A stretch of 63,948 nt of DNA, counting the filler, from Folioceros fuciformis (lineage: Eukaryota), in the NCBI GenBank assembly GCA_049999805.1. It is 9 parts of 9 records of this genome, joined end to end, with 100 filler letters (N's around TTAATTAATTAA, not from the genome) between each part and the next. Parts side by side here need not be neighbours in the genome. Positions count along the whole stretch, not along the records: positions 32,927 to 50,179 come from JBNGIO010003093.1; 8 more parts are not named here. One strand, written 5' to 3'. Shown piece after piece: positions 35,712-50,179 of the stretch; position 1 is the first letter of the stretch, and every line of letters starts with the position of its first letter. Made by a program: the position numbers and the translations under genes. Under the pieces are notes generated by a model. The model ran no database searches. It saw only the letters and a list, made by a program, of their open reading frames with translations, and was not told the DNA's origin.

Positions 35712-38700
35712 TCAGGACAGATCAAAGTACGTGGTGTAGCTCTCGTCCTTGTATGCTGAAATGGGGAATAAGAGGAATCGATTCATTGGGCCTTCTGCGA
35801 TGAAGCTTAAGGGGTGGTAAGTAGCCAAGCCTTTGCTAGCAAGGAAGCTTGTGGAGGCGTTAAAGCCTGGATCTTCTTCTGCTGGCTCACAGCGGAGTGT
35901 GATAGACAAGCCATCTCCAGAGTTTAGGTTGGATGAAAGAAAGCAACCAGGTAAGGTGGCAGCTTCGAAAGAGACACAATTGGCTGTGCCTGACAGTCCT
36001 GGCAGCAACCGGAACACTGTGCCTTCCTCATGGTTGCTGATCTCGTTAGCAGGCAGGCCCTCATCACGGGAGCCAGAACCATCGACCACAATAATCTGGC
36101 TGTCAGCACCAGCGTGGGCCAGGACCTTTCTTGGTTGGTTGTATAGCTCCAGGGAGACCCACTCGTCTACATGTTTGGCTTCATTGACAGCTCCATCCTG
36201 TTCTAGTACAGCTTTAGGAAACCTGGAAGGAGCCACTGAAGCGGGTACGAGCCTGAATGTGGATTGAGCCGCTTCATTGGTACCCTGGGAAGGTGCTGGA
36301 GACATTGTAGCCGATCCCTCCCTATGGCCCAACACGAAAGCCTGATCGATGGCAATATCAGGTGCAGAGCCTGGTGTACTTGTCGATGGCCCCTGACTGA
36401 AGGTTCGAAGGTCATTGGAATACGATTCTGGAACAGGAACAAGCCAAGAAGAGGGCACGCTAGCATTGACAGCTCCAAGCTCCCAGTCTCCAGTAGTCAT
36501 GCCGGCCAGAACATAGGGACCGAACAGTACGGCATGTAGAGATGAGTAGTCTTGTCGATCATCTGAGCAAGGGAAGAAGAAGATATCGTGAGCAGTTATG
36601 CGATGGTGAGATCAACAATGCTTCTCCGTGAGTGACAGAATAAGAGGAAAAAACGGAACACACGTCGTGTTTACCTTTTATCCTCTCCAGCCTCAACAGA
36701 ACTGGGATGTCAACCTCTACTACATCTCCGGGTTGCCATGTGTGAGTTAAGCTTAAGAAGTTTCCTGCGCGAGCAGCAGGGAGAAGTTAGAAGGGTCTGA
36801 CACACGTCTTGCAAGACACGAGCTCTGCTCCACATAAGCTACTAAGTCCTTGCCATCGCTTCTGGGGTGGATGAGACCACCGTTGAGGTTTGTGCTCCAT
36901 TTTGATTCGTCTGTCCACGAAGCTATTCTCAAAAGGAGGGTTGCTTGACCACCCGTTGCACCCTATTTTGCATCAGTATCTTGAGTCAATTCTGGTTGTC
37001 ATCACGAAGTGAAGTGTTCAAGGGACCTTTGCAAAACTTGAATACTTCCGGTAATTACCGAAAGCTCAGAGAAGTCATATGTAATATGTAGCCAGGGATC
37101 ATGAGATGACGGCCCCTGCACTGTTTGGGTCAACAATAGCCCTGCTGTCTCCCAGAACAGGCTACTCGAAACAAATTGCGTCACGTACAAAGCTGCAACA
37201 CTGTTCTGTTCTTCAAAATAGATGGAATCTCCCAGCTTTGAGAAGGACTCAATGCCTGCAACCAGCAGCGGGATGATTGTCAGACGTTGGAAGTGACTGC
37301 AAAAGCAAATTGCATCACATGCAGCAGAGACGTAACCTAGATTCATGGTACAAGACCTCTTTGCGTAGTTCCTAACCATACATTTATTAGGGCTGTTAAA
37401 TTGAATAAGTCTGCGGATGAGGATTTGCAGAAGTGGCACCAGTTCCATAGCAGCACCAAAACGAGTCAAAAGTTGTCCCCCATCCGTGATACGAGATTGC
37501 TTTGGAACTGCCTGGACCTTGGGGCAACATGTAAATCATAACTCCAGGCTCGTCTCCCCTTTGTATACCTAGAATACCATTTACCAGGGCGCGCTCATAG
37601 TAATCTGCATACCTTGCATCTTTCGTCCACTGAAACAAGTTTCTTGCAATCTGATCCACCAGCACAGGCAGCAGAGTAATGCCATCTCATCGTCATCAAC
37701 GTCAACTTCCCGCAAATTCAACCATCATCCAAAGATGCACAACTCAGCAACAGCAACCCGATGGACACACCACTATACCCTATCAAGTACAAACCTTGAG
37801 CATGTTGTATGTGGTACAAGTTTCCTGGTTTTCACGCTCCAGCGTGCTGCCGATCCGGTTTGGGTCCTGCCTGCAAATGGATGAGTCTCTCAGATCTCTT
37901 TGACATTCTAATCAGACTGTTCGTTCATTCGTGAGACACAAACCAAAACTCTGCTTGGGAAGTTCCTCCTGTAGCATAGCTGTGCGATGAGTTGATGATT
38001 TCCATGAAATACGTCGCAAGCACCTGGAAGTCGAAATAAACTTTCAATACCAGAATGGTTGATACACGCTAAACCAACATAAGGCAGTTCCCACGTACCC
38101 GATATAAGACATCTCCAGTGGCCTCATACCGCATTTGAGATCCGACAACTATGGGGATGTGACTGTTTGCATGGAAGCTAGAGAGTCCGTCCGTCTGCAA
38201 CCATGACCATCACCAGGCGTAAAATGAACAAGAATTCCAAGGCTGGAAAGGCCACGAAGATGCTCTCAGCACCATCTAAGAACGTTAGTTCATGTCAACC
38301 TGAAGAGCTAGCGGACCCAAGAAACATGGTTTGTCAAACAGATGTGCCAGCCTCAAGTGTCCTGAATCACCCTGTATCTCATACCCATCGCAAGTGCGTA
38401 GGCAAACAAACCTGTTCAGCAACTCAAATCATCTGAACCTCCCAATAACGGCATGCCAGAAAATCAGCTTATGCTGTGTGACGGCCATGGAGACCGTCGA
38501 ACAAAGAATGAACAGGTAAACAAGGGTACCGTTATCTTGAAGAGGCGGTACATGACATCATTCATACCACCAGTCTCCTCATTCAGAGATTGCCAATGCC
38601 TCTCGATGGTGAACGTTTCTATCACAGCTTCAACTCGGCTCAAGAAGTAACTCGCCATCCACAGCAGAATGGTAAAAGCCCTGCGGTTGTTTGCGAAGCT

Positions 38701-39814
38701 GTACTGGTCTAATAGCCCTGCCATTATCTGTACAGACATTCATCAACCATGGTTTACGGTAGACCACATCATCCATTCATAAGTCACAGCATTGCACCTT
38801 GTGAATTGTATAGTAAGGAGCCCAAACTCCATCGATTGCTTCGAAGCGATCAAAAAAACTCGAAGGGAACGCAGACAAATAGCCAGTTCCAATTTGATCT
38901 TGGCACTCCCCTAGTGCTTCGACCAAGAGTGTCATCTTGCCACGCAGGCTCCCGTTGTGGGTGGTTGCCCACATCAAGGCTGTTGCACTCAGATAATGAC
39001 CTGCAACAACAATGTTCACCGCAGAATCCCAGGTGCTATCAGAAAAAATCTCGGCGCATGGACAGTGGACGACAGCCCAGAGCAGCGGAGCGAAGTCTGT
39101 GTCTCGAACTTTACCCACAAAGTGACCTCGTAGCTCGGAGCTGGGTTCTTCCCACCCACCATACGGAGTTCCAGGGGCAGGCAGATCGGCTGTTGCTCGG
39201 AAGCTCCAAACCAAACGATCGACGTCTAGCATCAACAGGTAGCGCAAATTGGTCTCTTGTGCACGCCCCTGCGCTGAGTCGGACGCGAGTGTGACTCTGT
39301 GCAGTAGCACCTCCTTAAGCAGGGATAATTGAACGGAATGCGACCTTGCCAGGGCGGAATTGCCTTCCACAGCAGTACAGCTGCTATTCCAGTACTGTCC
39401 GCCAGATAGCTGTGAAAATGCGTTGACAGAAACCGTTTTCGAAAAGGGATTTGGAGACGGTGTCGTAGAAGAATGGCCTGTTGCTTCGTGAATAGGCAAA
39501 TGCTCGACTCTTGCAACATAATTGACGGGCAGATGTCCTGTGATTGGCCTCTTCTTCTTCAGGACAAACCGAGTAGCAGTACTCCTTGGATTTGTCTTTG
39601 AGGGCCCACCAGTGATTCTCCCTTCACCACGGGGGCCTGGTGATCTGTGTCCATGCGCGATGTTACCCTCCTTCTTGAGAACCAGTGAACGCAGTGTATG
39701 GGATATGTTCTTTCTTGGAATGTTAGTGCACTCCTTCCCAAGAATCTTCTCGGGTCCTACCCACAGAACTGTCAGCACTAACACGCTGACGAAGAAACAT
39801 GGCAGCCTACCCAT
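35712..39814 (-). CDS. GH127/DUF1680 beta-L-arabinofuranosidase-like glycoside hydrolase with a C-terminal AbfB-like domain and signal peptide, multi-exon
   Basis: KECTN, YGGWEEPSSELRGHFVGHYLSA, WAPYYTIHK, LNEETGGMND, HANSHIP, ETCTTYNMLK, YYERAL, FWCCYGTGIESFSKLGDSIYF, YKDESYTTYF. Confidence 0.92.
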
Positions 39815-40065
39815 CTTCCCCAAGTATTGAAAGCAGTGTGAGCATCAGGTGCCTTTGTCGAGAGCACGGCTTAACCTCTCTTGCTTTCTGTAGCAGATGG
39901 GTCAGACATATCTGCAAACGCACCACTCGGGCTTGTGAAATGGGACTTGGAAAGTGTCTTCACAACGGCCTGGAAAACTGGTTGAACTAACAGATCTGCA
40001 TGTGGAACTTCTTGAATGTCAGTGGCATGTGCATGCATGTCTACTTAAGTGCAACGTCCAGCTCT

Positions 40066-41413
40066 TCATAAAATGGACTCAGGAGGCTCCAGCTTGATGG
40101 GTGCGGATGAAGGATTCTGAAGGATCTCGTTGAATGGAGCAGAAATCCCCATCAGAATTGCCTTCAGATATGCAACCACTAAACCACCCGTAAATATCCT
40201 CATGTGCTTGCGTGCTGGACCTCTCGCACAGACTCTGCAGAGCACCCTCTTGAAGCCTTCGAGATGATCATCCAAGAAGTCCATGTGCCCAAATTCAGAT
40301 GCAACGATATGATATGCAGGAGGGGCACTCTCGAGGAAGAACTGATCGTGGCTCACGCCCAGTGGAGCACACGGTGGTAGGAACAGCAATGGCTTTGGGC
40401 CAAGTCCTGATTGAATGGAGCACATCCACCAGCTGTTAGAACTGTCTAGGACCAAAAGCGAAAGAGGCGAATGCCACTGACAGCGCGCAATCCCAAAACC
40501 AAGCCCATGATGTATCAGTACCTGAGCCTACAATAAGGCTTGGAATCTTTAAATTGAAGCCATGCTTAACAAGGGAGAGGATAGGAGGGTTTGTCTGCTG
40601 GTTGACGGACATGCCAGCAACCGGATCTAGGCCAATCAATGCACGATATGGCGACTCAGGTAGTGCATCGAGAGCCAACTGCCATACAACTTTGCCTCCA
40701 CGACTATGGCCCAACAAAACCAGGTTGCCGCAATCAGGTTCGACGTTTGCCACCCTTTGAGGGAAGAACCCCTGCATTTGGCCCTCTTTCATCCACTGCA
40801 CGATCTCGGCGGCTTCAAGTGCCTCCTTAGTTGTGTCAGGACCTGTAAAGTCATACATCTTCCAACAGGTGGAAAATTTGAGGACAAGGTGCAAGTTGTG
40901 CTCACAATAGATGCCTCAAGCAGCTCTATCAGTCGATGACTTAAAAGGTCTTAATCCTCACGTCTCTTTGACTGCCATTCCCTCAAACTCTCTTAGACAG
41001 AACCTAGTTCTTCAACCAACAGAGTGCAGTGTGTGAATGAGGAGCACCTGTGGAGCAACCACAATGTATCCATGAGACGCAATATGCCCCATCAGCTGAG
41101 AGTAGTAAGAATTGACCAGCGAAAATCCATGCAGCAGCATTAGCACTGGGCATGAAAGAGCGTCAGAGTTGCTGACAGGCACCGCCACCAACAATGGTCT
41201 GCAAGGCGTCCTCGGTACGCCATTAACGGGTACTTTTGATCCCCTTGCCTCATTGCAAACCGTCTGAGTTTTGGTCTCGTTCTTTGAGCGATTGATCCTG
41301 AAAAATTCAACCGCAAATTCACCATCTTCATACACCGATGCACCAAATGCTTCTCCAGCTGCAACTTCACTAGTAAGCTGCTTGACTTCGTAATTGAAAG
41401 AAGTGCCTGCCAT
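40066..41413 (-). CDS. CLH: Chlorophyllase, 3 coding exons
   Basis: LLHGFSLVNSYYSQLMGHIASHGYIVVAPQ, GHSRGGK, IGLDPV, LFLPPCAPLGVSH..FF, GHMDFLDD (Ser-Asp-His triad). Confidence 0.93.
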
Positions 41414-41766
41414 GATCAGGAGAGCTGCAATAACGTCAGCGAGATCACGTGCACCAGCTGAGCATCGCCCACTACTCCATAGCGATGATCCTGTAACAAG
41501 GTATGAAGTGACAACCGAACAACTTGTACCTACAACCATATTTGATGTGAAACCGGCGGTTGAGAGAAAAGGTGCAACAACACACGTCATCTGACGTGTG
41601 TAGTCATGAAGTGGGTTTGTCCGTGACGAGAATTGTGGTGAGACTGGAGTCTTCTCAAAAATTTGCGATAGCTATCCATGACCAGTATCGAAATGTGTCG
41701 GAGGCTCGTTCCCTGACACCTGGTGGATCAAACTGGCTGCCGGGTTTGCAAACGATGCACAGTACG

Positions 41767-43662
41767 ATGGCTTGCTGTAAGCTGGCATCTTTTGTGAAAC
41801 CGATTCTGCTACGTGTGAACACAGTTCCCTGTGTCTCCAGGAATCGCCTTCACACTTCCGGTATGGATGAGAAAGGATTCCCGGTGCTTCAAATGGCTGC
41901 AGGATTCGCATGCTTCAGTTGGTTGCGCCTCGCTACCATGCTCACAGCTCGCATCTTGTTGCTTACAATGCGCAGGCTTCTCCTATGCCGCTGTTCTGTC
42001 TAGGGAAGACAAAAGTGGATTGCTCGTGGGAGTACAGAAAGAGAATGTAGCTGTGGTTAGCCACATCCTTGAGCTGGTACGTAGTGGGCGCAGCTGTTAA
42101 GTATGCCCCTCCCTCTCTGTATGGCCAAGAAGTTGAAGAGGCGTTTCTCTCAAGAGAGATTGCCTCATCTTATTGGGTGTGTGCATCTTCTACAGGCCAA
42201 AGCGGCTGTGGACCGCTGGGATGTGGCTCATTCCGATTTTCTAAGTCCTCCAGTCCTGGACGATGCCATTTCAGCAGTCAAGCGGTTGTCTGAAGTTGGA
42301 GTCGCTGTGTCAGGCGGATATGCTCAGGTCACAACCCCTATCCAGTCGTGAGTGCAATGGTCTTGAAGGTTGATAGCTGTTACTGGAGTGTGTTGCGCCA
42401 ACGGCTGTCGACAGCTTCGCTTGCATTCCGCTGGAAATGGGGATGCCCAGTGGCCGTATTCCACAAACCTATCCTCCAAATATTGATATTTTGCATAGGC
42501 AGAACGCTGTCGACTGACCGTAGGCCACATTCGAGCTATAGAGGAAGGCATCGACGTGCACTCAGAAGGTGGATTTCATGGTGCGGTTGCCGCCCTTAGG
42601 TGAGTCCTGCCCTGCAGTAAGAGAGTTGATTGTACCAGGACCCCGGTGACACTTACTCTGTCAGTTTCGAGGCTGCACCATTGTGCTGAATCTCCTTCTT
42701 ATTCACTTCACTGCAGCATCTCAGGCAAATTTATGTTTGACCCAGCAGCCCATGCGGACTTTCTTGGTGCCATTCTCGGTACTGGCATCAGTCGAGACAA
42801 AGTTGGTGACATAATCGTCCAGGTACCCCTAAAAACTGAGAGACCCATCGTCTGGGCTTCAGCCATCGTGCAGGAGGAGGATATCAGGATTTACACATTG
42901 CATCCAGATTCCCTAGTGGTCCAGATGAATTCCAAATTTCTATGCAGGGTGAGACACGAGCTCAAGCGATCGTCGTTCCAGAGCTTCAGGATTTCTTGAT
43001 CACGTCTCTTACACAGGTCTGTCGAATACTGCTGCTACTGAACTGTCCAATGAGAAAAAGTTCAAACAATTCATGAACTTTCTGCCTGTGCCAGGTCCGG
43101 AGCGTTTCAGTTACTTGTGAGTCGATTCCCTTGTCGGCACTACAAGTACAACCTGCCAAGTGAGTTACACACTGTGTACCTAGGTGGTGGGACATTTCTT
43201 GCCATTTATACAAGATAAAGGTCGCTGTGCCTTCTTGTAGGCAGGAGGACTTGAAATCAGTGGAGGCATCCTTGCGGGTGGATGCTTTAGCCAGTGCTGG
43301 GTTTCGGATCTCCCGCAGCAAGCTAACTCAGCTTATCAGGTCTGTTCTCTGCTCAGCTGTCAGATTTGCAAATAGCTAATAGCAATTCTAACTTGAAGTC
43401 GCCACAGTGCTGGGGACGTGAAAGTTAACTGGAAAGAAATCACAAAGGGCAGTGCAGTCCTCAAGTCAGGAGACATTGTTTCAATACGAGGGAAAGGCAG
43501 GCTGGAGGTTGGAAGCCTTAACACCCCACAACAATTACTTTGAGCATTGTATCCAACCATTTGACATGTTTCACTTGAATTGGGGCTTCTTTTGACCAGA
43601 TTGGAGACATCACAACGACGAAGAAAGGAAGATACGCAGTGGATCTGAAACGTTCAGTTTAA
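41767..43662 (+). CDS. YlmH/Sll1252-like RNA-binding S4-domain protein (plastid-type), multi-exon
   Basis: HSDFLSPP, SGGYAQAERCRL, FMFDPAAHADFLGAILGTGISRDKVGDI, VEASLRVDALASAGFRISRSK, LKSGDIVSIRGKGRLE, TKKGRYAV. Confidence 0.9.
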
Positions 43663-43838
43663 ATATAATAATAATCTACCTATTCAAATATGAATTAATG
43701 TTGGGTTTCGTTCCATACAGTTACATCCGTCACAGTCCAACCAAGACTAACGCTACAAAAAAAGTGTCGGACAGGGTAATACATGGTTACAATCTGAGAG
43801 GCCAGTACTCCATGGGTACAGTCATCTGTGCATCCGGA

Positions 43839-46800
43839 TTAGGTGCACGGCGAGGATCCTTCGCTAGCATCTGACGGTTGTGGGGGGCTGCTTTTGACAG
43901 GAGGTTGGCTGGATTTAGTAGCAACTTGCTGCTCAGCGGGTTTCTGTTTTTTCAACGGCTTCTGAGAATCTGTGGCATAAACACGAACAAATGTTCCGTT
44001 AGTAACCCAGTTAGCACAGTACACTCTGGCTGGTCCTACGTTTCCTAGTCATTAAAGACGCTACTGCCCAACTTTTCCTACAAAAGTGTGCTGCCAAGTC
44101 ACCATCACAACAGTCGGACGTCATTTTTACTCCAGCCCATGCGCCAACCACATGATTATCAAATGCTATACTGTCCAGCAGTTCTCATTCACAAACTGAG
44201 TCCTACTATCTGCAGCAGACGGCAACTAAAGCACAGCCGTACACAACATACCCTGTACAGAGTCCCCTGCGTGCATAACTGTCATGGGGTGTCCCTTGTC
44301 ATAGAGAGACTTGAAGTACACTCAACAACGGAGAAAATGACAGCCATACTTTTGTATTGACTGTCCACTGCACGTTCAGATACGTTTTGAAGGCTAGCAA
44401 TTACTGGCACAGAAGACTCTAAAAGGTGCAAGGCCTATTCATCATGACTGCAAGAAGGGTCTGTACTGATGTTAAGCTTGCCTGAAGTAGCCCGTGAAGA
44501 GCTGCTTTTCTTCACTGCAGACGTAACCAAACCGCTCATCCTCTTTTTTGTCATCTTCAACGGCTGCTGGGGTAACCTTTTGCCATTTACGCTACTCTTC
44601 GCCTTCTCTAATTGTTTACTCTCATGGATTTGGTCGCTCGCAGGTCTTTTCAATTTCCTTTCTCCCTTCAAACTCAATATCTCCTCATTCACACTAGAGG
44701 GCGCCACCTCCTTTTTCACTGTGGACTGAATCTGTCCACTATCTGGACGAGGAATTTTTGGCTTACTAGGTTGCTCGCTCTTGGGAATTGCTCTCTCTTC
44801 CTTTTGCTGCTTCTCAGACCCAGAAGGAACCTTTGGCGTTTTCTTTGGTTCCTCTCGATTCTGTGATACCCACAAGTAGCACCATTCAAATGAAAAACAA
44901 ATGTTCAACGGGCAATAGTCAGCTACAAGACAAGAGAAACTTTGCGTGTCACATATACATTCACCCAGGTGATAATACATCCATGTATGCCCCATGGACA
45001 ACACGATCCTGTATTCTGGACGCATTGCAATTTCTTTTGTTCCTTCTTACAGCACGAACCTCCAATGAAATAACTAAAGTTGCCAATTACTTCTTACCTA
45101 AAAAGTACAGCCAAGAGAATGATCAGCACATCGTCTACAAAGAATCAAAAGCAACTGGAACACTCTGCGCAGCCCTCTCACATAGCACAAGCCAACGAAC
45201 AGAACTCCGCCCTGAGTCAACCGCACAACAATCAAGACAATACATTTATGGCTTTGCCAGTCTCTGCAAAATACCTTCGTGCCTTTTAGCAGTCTCTTCT
45301 TGCGCATCTTGGCTCGACCGACAGCTTGCTTGATGCCAACATTGTCCATCCACCCTTCTGGCCATAAGTTTGCCAACTGTAGATGAAATAATCCAAAGGC
45401 ATTAGAAAAAGCACGACAGACAATCCTATGAAAGGTGCAGACACAGGCCATTCCTACGTGACAGGTCACACAAACCTCGCCATAGAGCTTCCTAAGCTTT
45501 GGACCTTTATGTTCATCAAGTCCCTGCAGTTAGGAGTGGAGATACGATTAGCGCACAAGGGAAGGGAGACTCTTTGGATGCAACCAAAATGACATAACCG
45601 GCTGATGTGGGGAAGCAGTCACAACCTCCACATACAAATCATACAGATCACAAATGCGATCTTCTGTGGCCTGATCCCATTCGTATCGACCACTTGCAGA
45701 AGCTTGACCTCCACAACTTGCTTGGAAATCATCAGAAGATCCATCACAAGCCTGCAAATGGGCATTGATATGAGCAGTGATAGAGGGTGCGACGTGAAGG
45801 TTGGTTTCGTGGAACAGCCCTACGGCAGAAGTAGCCTTTTGGTAGTTTCACGAACTGATGTGTTCATGATGTCAAAGATGTGCACAAAACTGCAAATTGA
45901 GAGCTGACCTGAGCTTTCATCCTGCATTTGATCATCTCAGTAACCTCCCCCTTGATGTTCTGCAGGCGCCCTTCCTTTTCTTGATTCGCAGTTATTCCCA
46001 TTTCTACCATCTTCTTCAAGTTGTACTGAACATGAAAGGTAAAACCATGAGCAGGATACGATGGTGTATTGGTAAAGCCAGTACTAAGATGTTCTCAAAG
46101 CTATTCACCTTCAAGGTTGGCAGACGCATTTTGTCCCCAAGGATAAGTGAGAGCCTTTGGACCACCTCTTTTGGAATTCTTCCCTGCTTGGACTACAGAC
46201 CGAAAACAACATCCGAATGTTGGAAGTGGCCCTAGTGGCAATTGTAGACTCACCTACTCCCAAAGCCGTGGAGTACCAGTCCCTGTGGCTTGTACCTGAT
46301 GTTCCTAATGTCGACAAACCAGCATACCAATAATACTACTTACCGAGAGCCTAGCAACCTTGGCAAGCTTATTCTTAACATCTCGAGGCAAACGCTTGTT
46401 TTTCCCTCCGGAATGTCCAGGCTTTTCTGACTCTTGACCCTCTGCTGTGGGTGGGCACACTGCCAGACCAAAAGCGGATACCTCAGATTTAGAACCCGAG
46501 CAAACCAAGCTCAAGTCGTGTACAACCAGCATGAGGCGCCTTGGGGAGCCCAGACCTGGCCACCCTATCCCTTAAACCGGTGAAAACAGAGCAGAACTTA
46601 AAAGGCCCACTGTTGGGTCCCAACTGGCAAACAGCATACAAATGCTTACTTGCTGCAACCCCTTTCTCCAAGTCCTGCATGGCTCTCTCAAGCATCGTCC
46701 CCTTCATTCTTCTCCCTGGACTGACCTCCTTCTGAAAACACATGTTTTAAAAAAAATGAGAAAAGTGCAATCGCCTTTCACCATAATGGTTATGGCCCAG

Positions 46801-48560
46801 CTAATGCGTGCTCATTGCTGAGGTGTGGATCTCCTCTACAGGACACACTTACGTTTGCCCACAGAACCACGTAAAGCAAACAGAAGCCATAGGTGAGATG
46901 AAATCAGGAAAACGCCTATCACCGCATGGTAAATATTGCTTACAGTGTACCATGTCCATGAAGGCAAAACCCAGAACGCAAGAACCTTGACCGAAGTCTT
47001 GACAAATTGACTCATTTCCCCGTTGGACGAGGAACATGCCGTAAGCCAAGAACAGAGACACGGACATTCATTGTCGACAAAACTTCTGAAGCAAGAGAAG
47101 CAATATTACCTGTTTCTCATCGGCAGAAGAGCCATTCCGATCTTTGAGATCTTCACCGTATGCTCCAAACGATTTTCGGCTAGAAGTTTCACCAGCAAAG
47201 CCTTCAGCAGCAGCCTTGTGGCTGGTGCTGTGGTGCTTGTCTCTTTTATCCTCTCTGTTGCGCATATCACTTTGAGCACGATCACCGGTAATATCAACGA
47301 CAATCCCACGACCCTGATCATTTCTGGAATGGGCATCCTTCCTCTGGTAGTTCTGCTTTCCTGTATCAGAGCTTTTGTGTCCCGCATATGTGTCTTGTCC
47401 TGCTTTAGGACCCCCTGATGCAGGCACTTTCCTGGCGGCGACTTTCATTCGAACACCTGGATCGATTTTCAAACTCTTTGGAGTGTCATCCTCTGGAAAA
47501 TCATCTTCAGTTGCGTCATCATCAGTGGAGTTGCCTTCAGCAACATCCTTGGATATCAGCTTTGCATCTTTGCGCTTCCTTTTTTTCGGACCAGCTGCAG
47601 GAGGGGAGGATGGCTCTGACCTGAACAGATGAGACAGACAGTGTCAAGGAGGCAAGTATATTTGAAAATAGAATGCTGACGACAAATTTCGACACTTTTG
47701 AACTGCATCCAGGGGTGAGAAGGAGAACATCTTTACTTACGCAGGCTCAAGCGGACCCCTATGAATGTAAAATCCCGTATGCTTCAACTTCGAGCTCTCT
47801 ACAGCAAAATAATCATCCTGCAGAGAACCAACAAAGGACATCTCAATTTAGCTCCATGGCCACCGCGCTCCTAAGAAAACAACCACTAGCCCAAAAGAAA
47901 GAACAGCTTGGGCGATTACCAACTCTTGGTCATCAATAAATGAATCGTCTGTATCATACTGTTCATCGACAGGATCAGACTCCTCGCCTTCACTATCGAC
48001 ACCCTGTACACACGCGACCAACGAAAACCCATCGGCGAGCTCGCTCAAACACGCTTTTGACCTACATCAAATCACCCAAGCTTACCCGATAAAGTGTCTC
48101 AATTTTCTGAATCACGTCTCTAAACCGGTCAGCACCAGATTGAGGTTGCTCCTCATCTCTGACAACAACAGAGCCTCCCGTCTGAACACGAAACCCCTCG
48201 AGTTGTCAGTTCACAGCCCGTGAGGCTGCCAATCCACCCAGAATCAGAACGCACTTCAACAATGCAGCGCGTCAAGCAACACACCTCGGGAGAAATCCGT
48301 GCTTCCAAAGCAGGATTGGCACCAGCCGGAACACCCGACTTGCTTTCCGCCTTGTGTGCATCCTGCAGTAGCTTTTTCCACGACACATAGGTGGTCTCAC
48401 CCGCCTTGAGCTCCACGAAGTACCGCAGGCTGGAAAGCTCTGCAGCTGCAGAGCCTGGCACGGCTGCTTGCAGCGCAGTGCTCCCTCCATGAAATGAAGA
48501 AGCCGACATTACGCCACCAGATTGATAAAATTTGGCACTACCCCCTGCTCGCTCCTGCAT
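43839..48560 (-). CDS. UBN: Ubinuclein (HIRA complex subunit), multi-exon
   Basis: YFVELKAGETTYVSWKKLL, ANPALEARI, RFRDVIQKIETLY, HUN motif YDTDDSFIDDQEL|DDYF..KHTGFYIHRG, LERAMQDLEK, RLPRDVKNKLAKVARL, ICDLYDLYVE, LANLWPEGWMDNVGIKQAV. Confidence 0.9.
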
Positions 48561-49149
48561 GCTCCCTCTCACACCCACTACCCTAATCCCTATTGCTGAT
48601 CCGTATGTCCAGTCCCTGCCCAAAACTAATATGTGGACAATCCCACTTGCTGCTTGCGTTTCACTGGCTCTCCACTAAAAATCAAGCCTCCAGCACTCAC
48701 CGTTCTCCACCCGCAGAGCCTAATACTGTACGCATCGGACAAAATCCTGGGGTCACCTGGCCAAAGTCGTCGGTAGGGCCGTCATCCATCCATTCTTTCT
48801 TTTGGCATGATTGCCATGGATCAAGGAGCTACCCCAACTCATATCATCCACACTTACACAAACCTCATACACCACATCCAAATCCACATAAAGCCCTGGA
48901 CCCATGAATTAGAACCTTTTAGAAACGCTGTAGTAGACGTAGCTTGGTCATTGAACATCGGGCTTTTAGCAAGTATAGGTAGGGAGCTGTTAATAATATT
49001 TTCAGTTTGGTGCTGGTTTGGTATATTAAATGAGTGATAATAATAAGGGGTAGTATTATAAAGAAGTTACCTTTTTTTGGAATGACTACTTCTAGGGAAA
49101 TATGCCAACGTAAGGAGGACATCCACGTGAGAGTGAAAGGTAGTACTAA

Positions 49150-50179
49150 ATAAGAAATATAGTTGTGAAGGATAGCCTACCTAAAAAAAGATACCTGTGT
49201 AAGGTATTTATTAAGGGCAGTCACTACATATAGAAGTACACCTACGACAAGAGGGTATTTAAAAGGGATCCCTACCTAAGGTGTCTCATCAAGGAAGGGT
49301 GCTCACCTCCATGTAGGGAACTACATTACCTACATAGCGGGGAACAAGGAAGTAGCTATGCGACAAGACACCTACGCCGGGGACCTACTTGTTGTGATCA
49401 AGCGGACTTAGAGCGAGAGAAAGGGCTTTGCTGTGGTGAGAGCCATAAGGAGGAACGGTGCAGGGGACGTGAAATCAGCCGGACAGAAGCTGGGAGCAGT
49501 TACTTATGAGAGGAGGGTTAGGCAACCTACCTACGAGAAGAGGGGTAGGAATGGTAGGGACTCTACCTACGAAGGGAGCAACAGGTACCCTACCTACGCA
49601 GGGAACATGCTCACCCTACGTAGGGAAGGAACCTCGAGTTGAAGAACAAGTGGATTCCTTCCCTACCAAACCTGTAGGTGGTGGTGAAGGGATATCCCAA
49701 GAGATCCACATAGAGGAAGGTACGATGGAAACTCGTGGATCCAAAAGAAGACGAATCCCAATAATGGAGGGGGGCCCAATGGCTCAGCCTTCAGACTTTA
49801 CCTCCCTTCAGGAGCCATCTTAGCCACACCTTTTTGAAAAGGGGGTCAATGAATCTTCTATGGCGGCACCGACAGTCCTAATCTTCATCGGCGCGCACTG
49901 CCTTAGCAACTATTGGTAGGTCTTAGCCTCTTGGTAGGTGTGTGTAGTTAAAGCTAGCGGCGGCTAGTGGTAGGTAGGAAGCCGTCTGCCATCCTATATA
50001 AGTAGAACGAAGAACTTGAGCCGGAGCCCCATTCTTTGATTGTAAGTGTTTCGTGACGAATAGTGAATGTGGACTCCACATGCTGAATAGGTCCTTGGAA
50101 AATGGTAGGATTTCTCTTTTTGGGAATCTCTAAGTGAACCCTGTGGTGAAATGGTTAAAAGATTAGGTTAGATTAGTAG
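49150..50179. mobile_element. LTR-like / retroelement non-coding segment
   Basis: Repeated cctac(ctac)g motifs, a TATATAA box at ~49995 followed by R/U5-like sequence, no gene-like ORF. Boundaries approximate. Confidence 0.4.

Noticed and set aside
35712-43662. GH127, chlorophyllase and YlmH as a bacterial-derived or metabolic gene cluster
   Set aside because: All are intron-containing, widely conserved plant families with no shared pathway.
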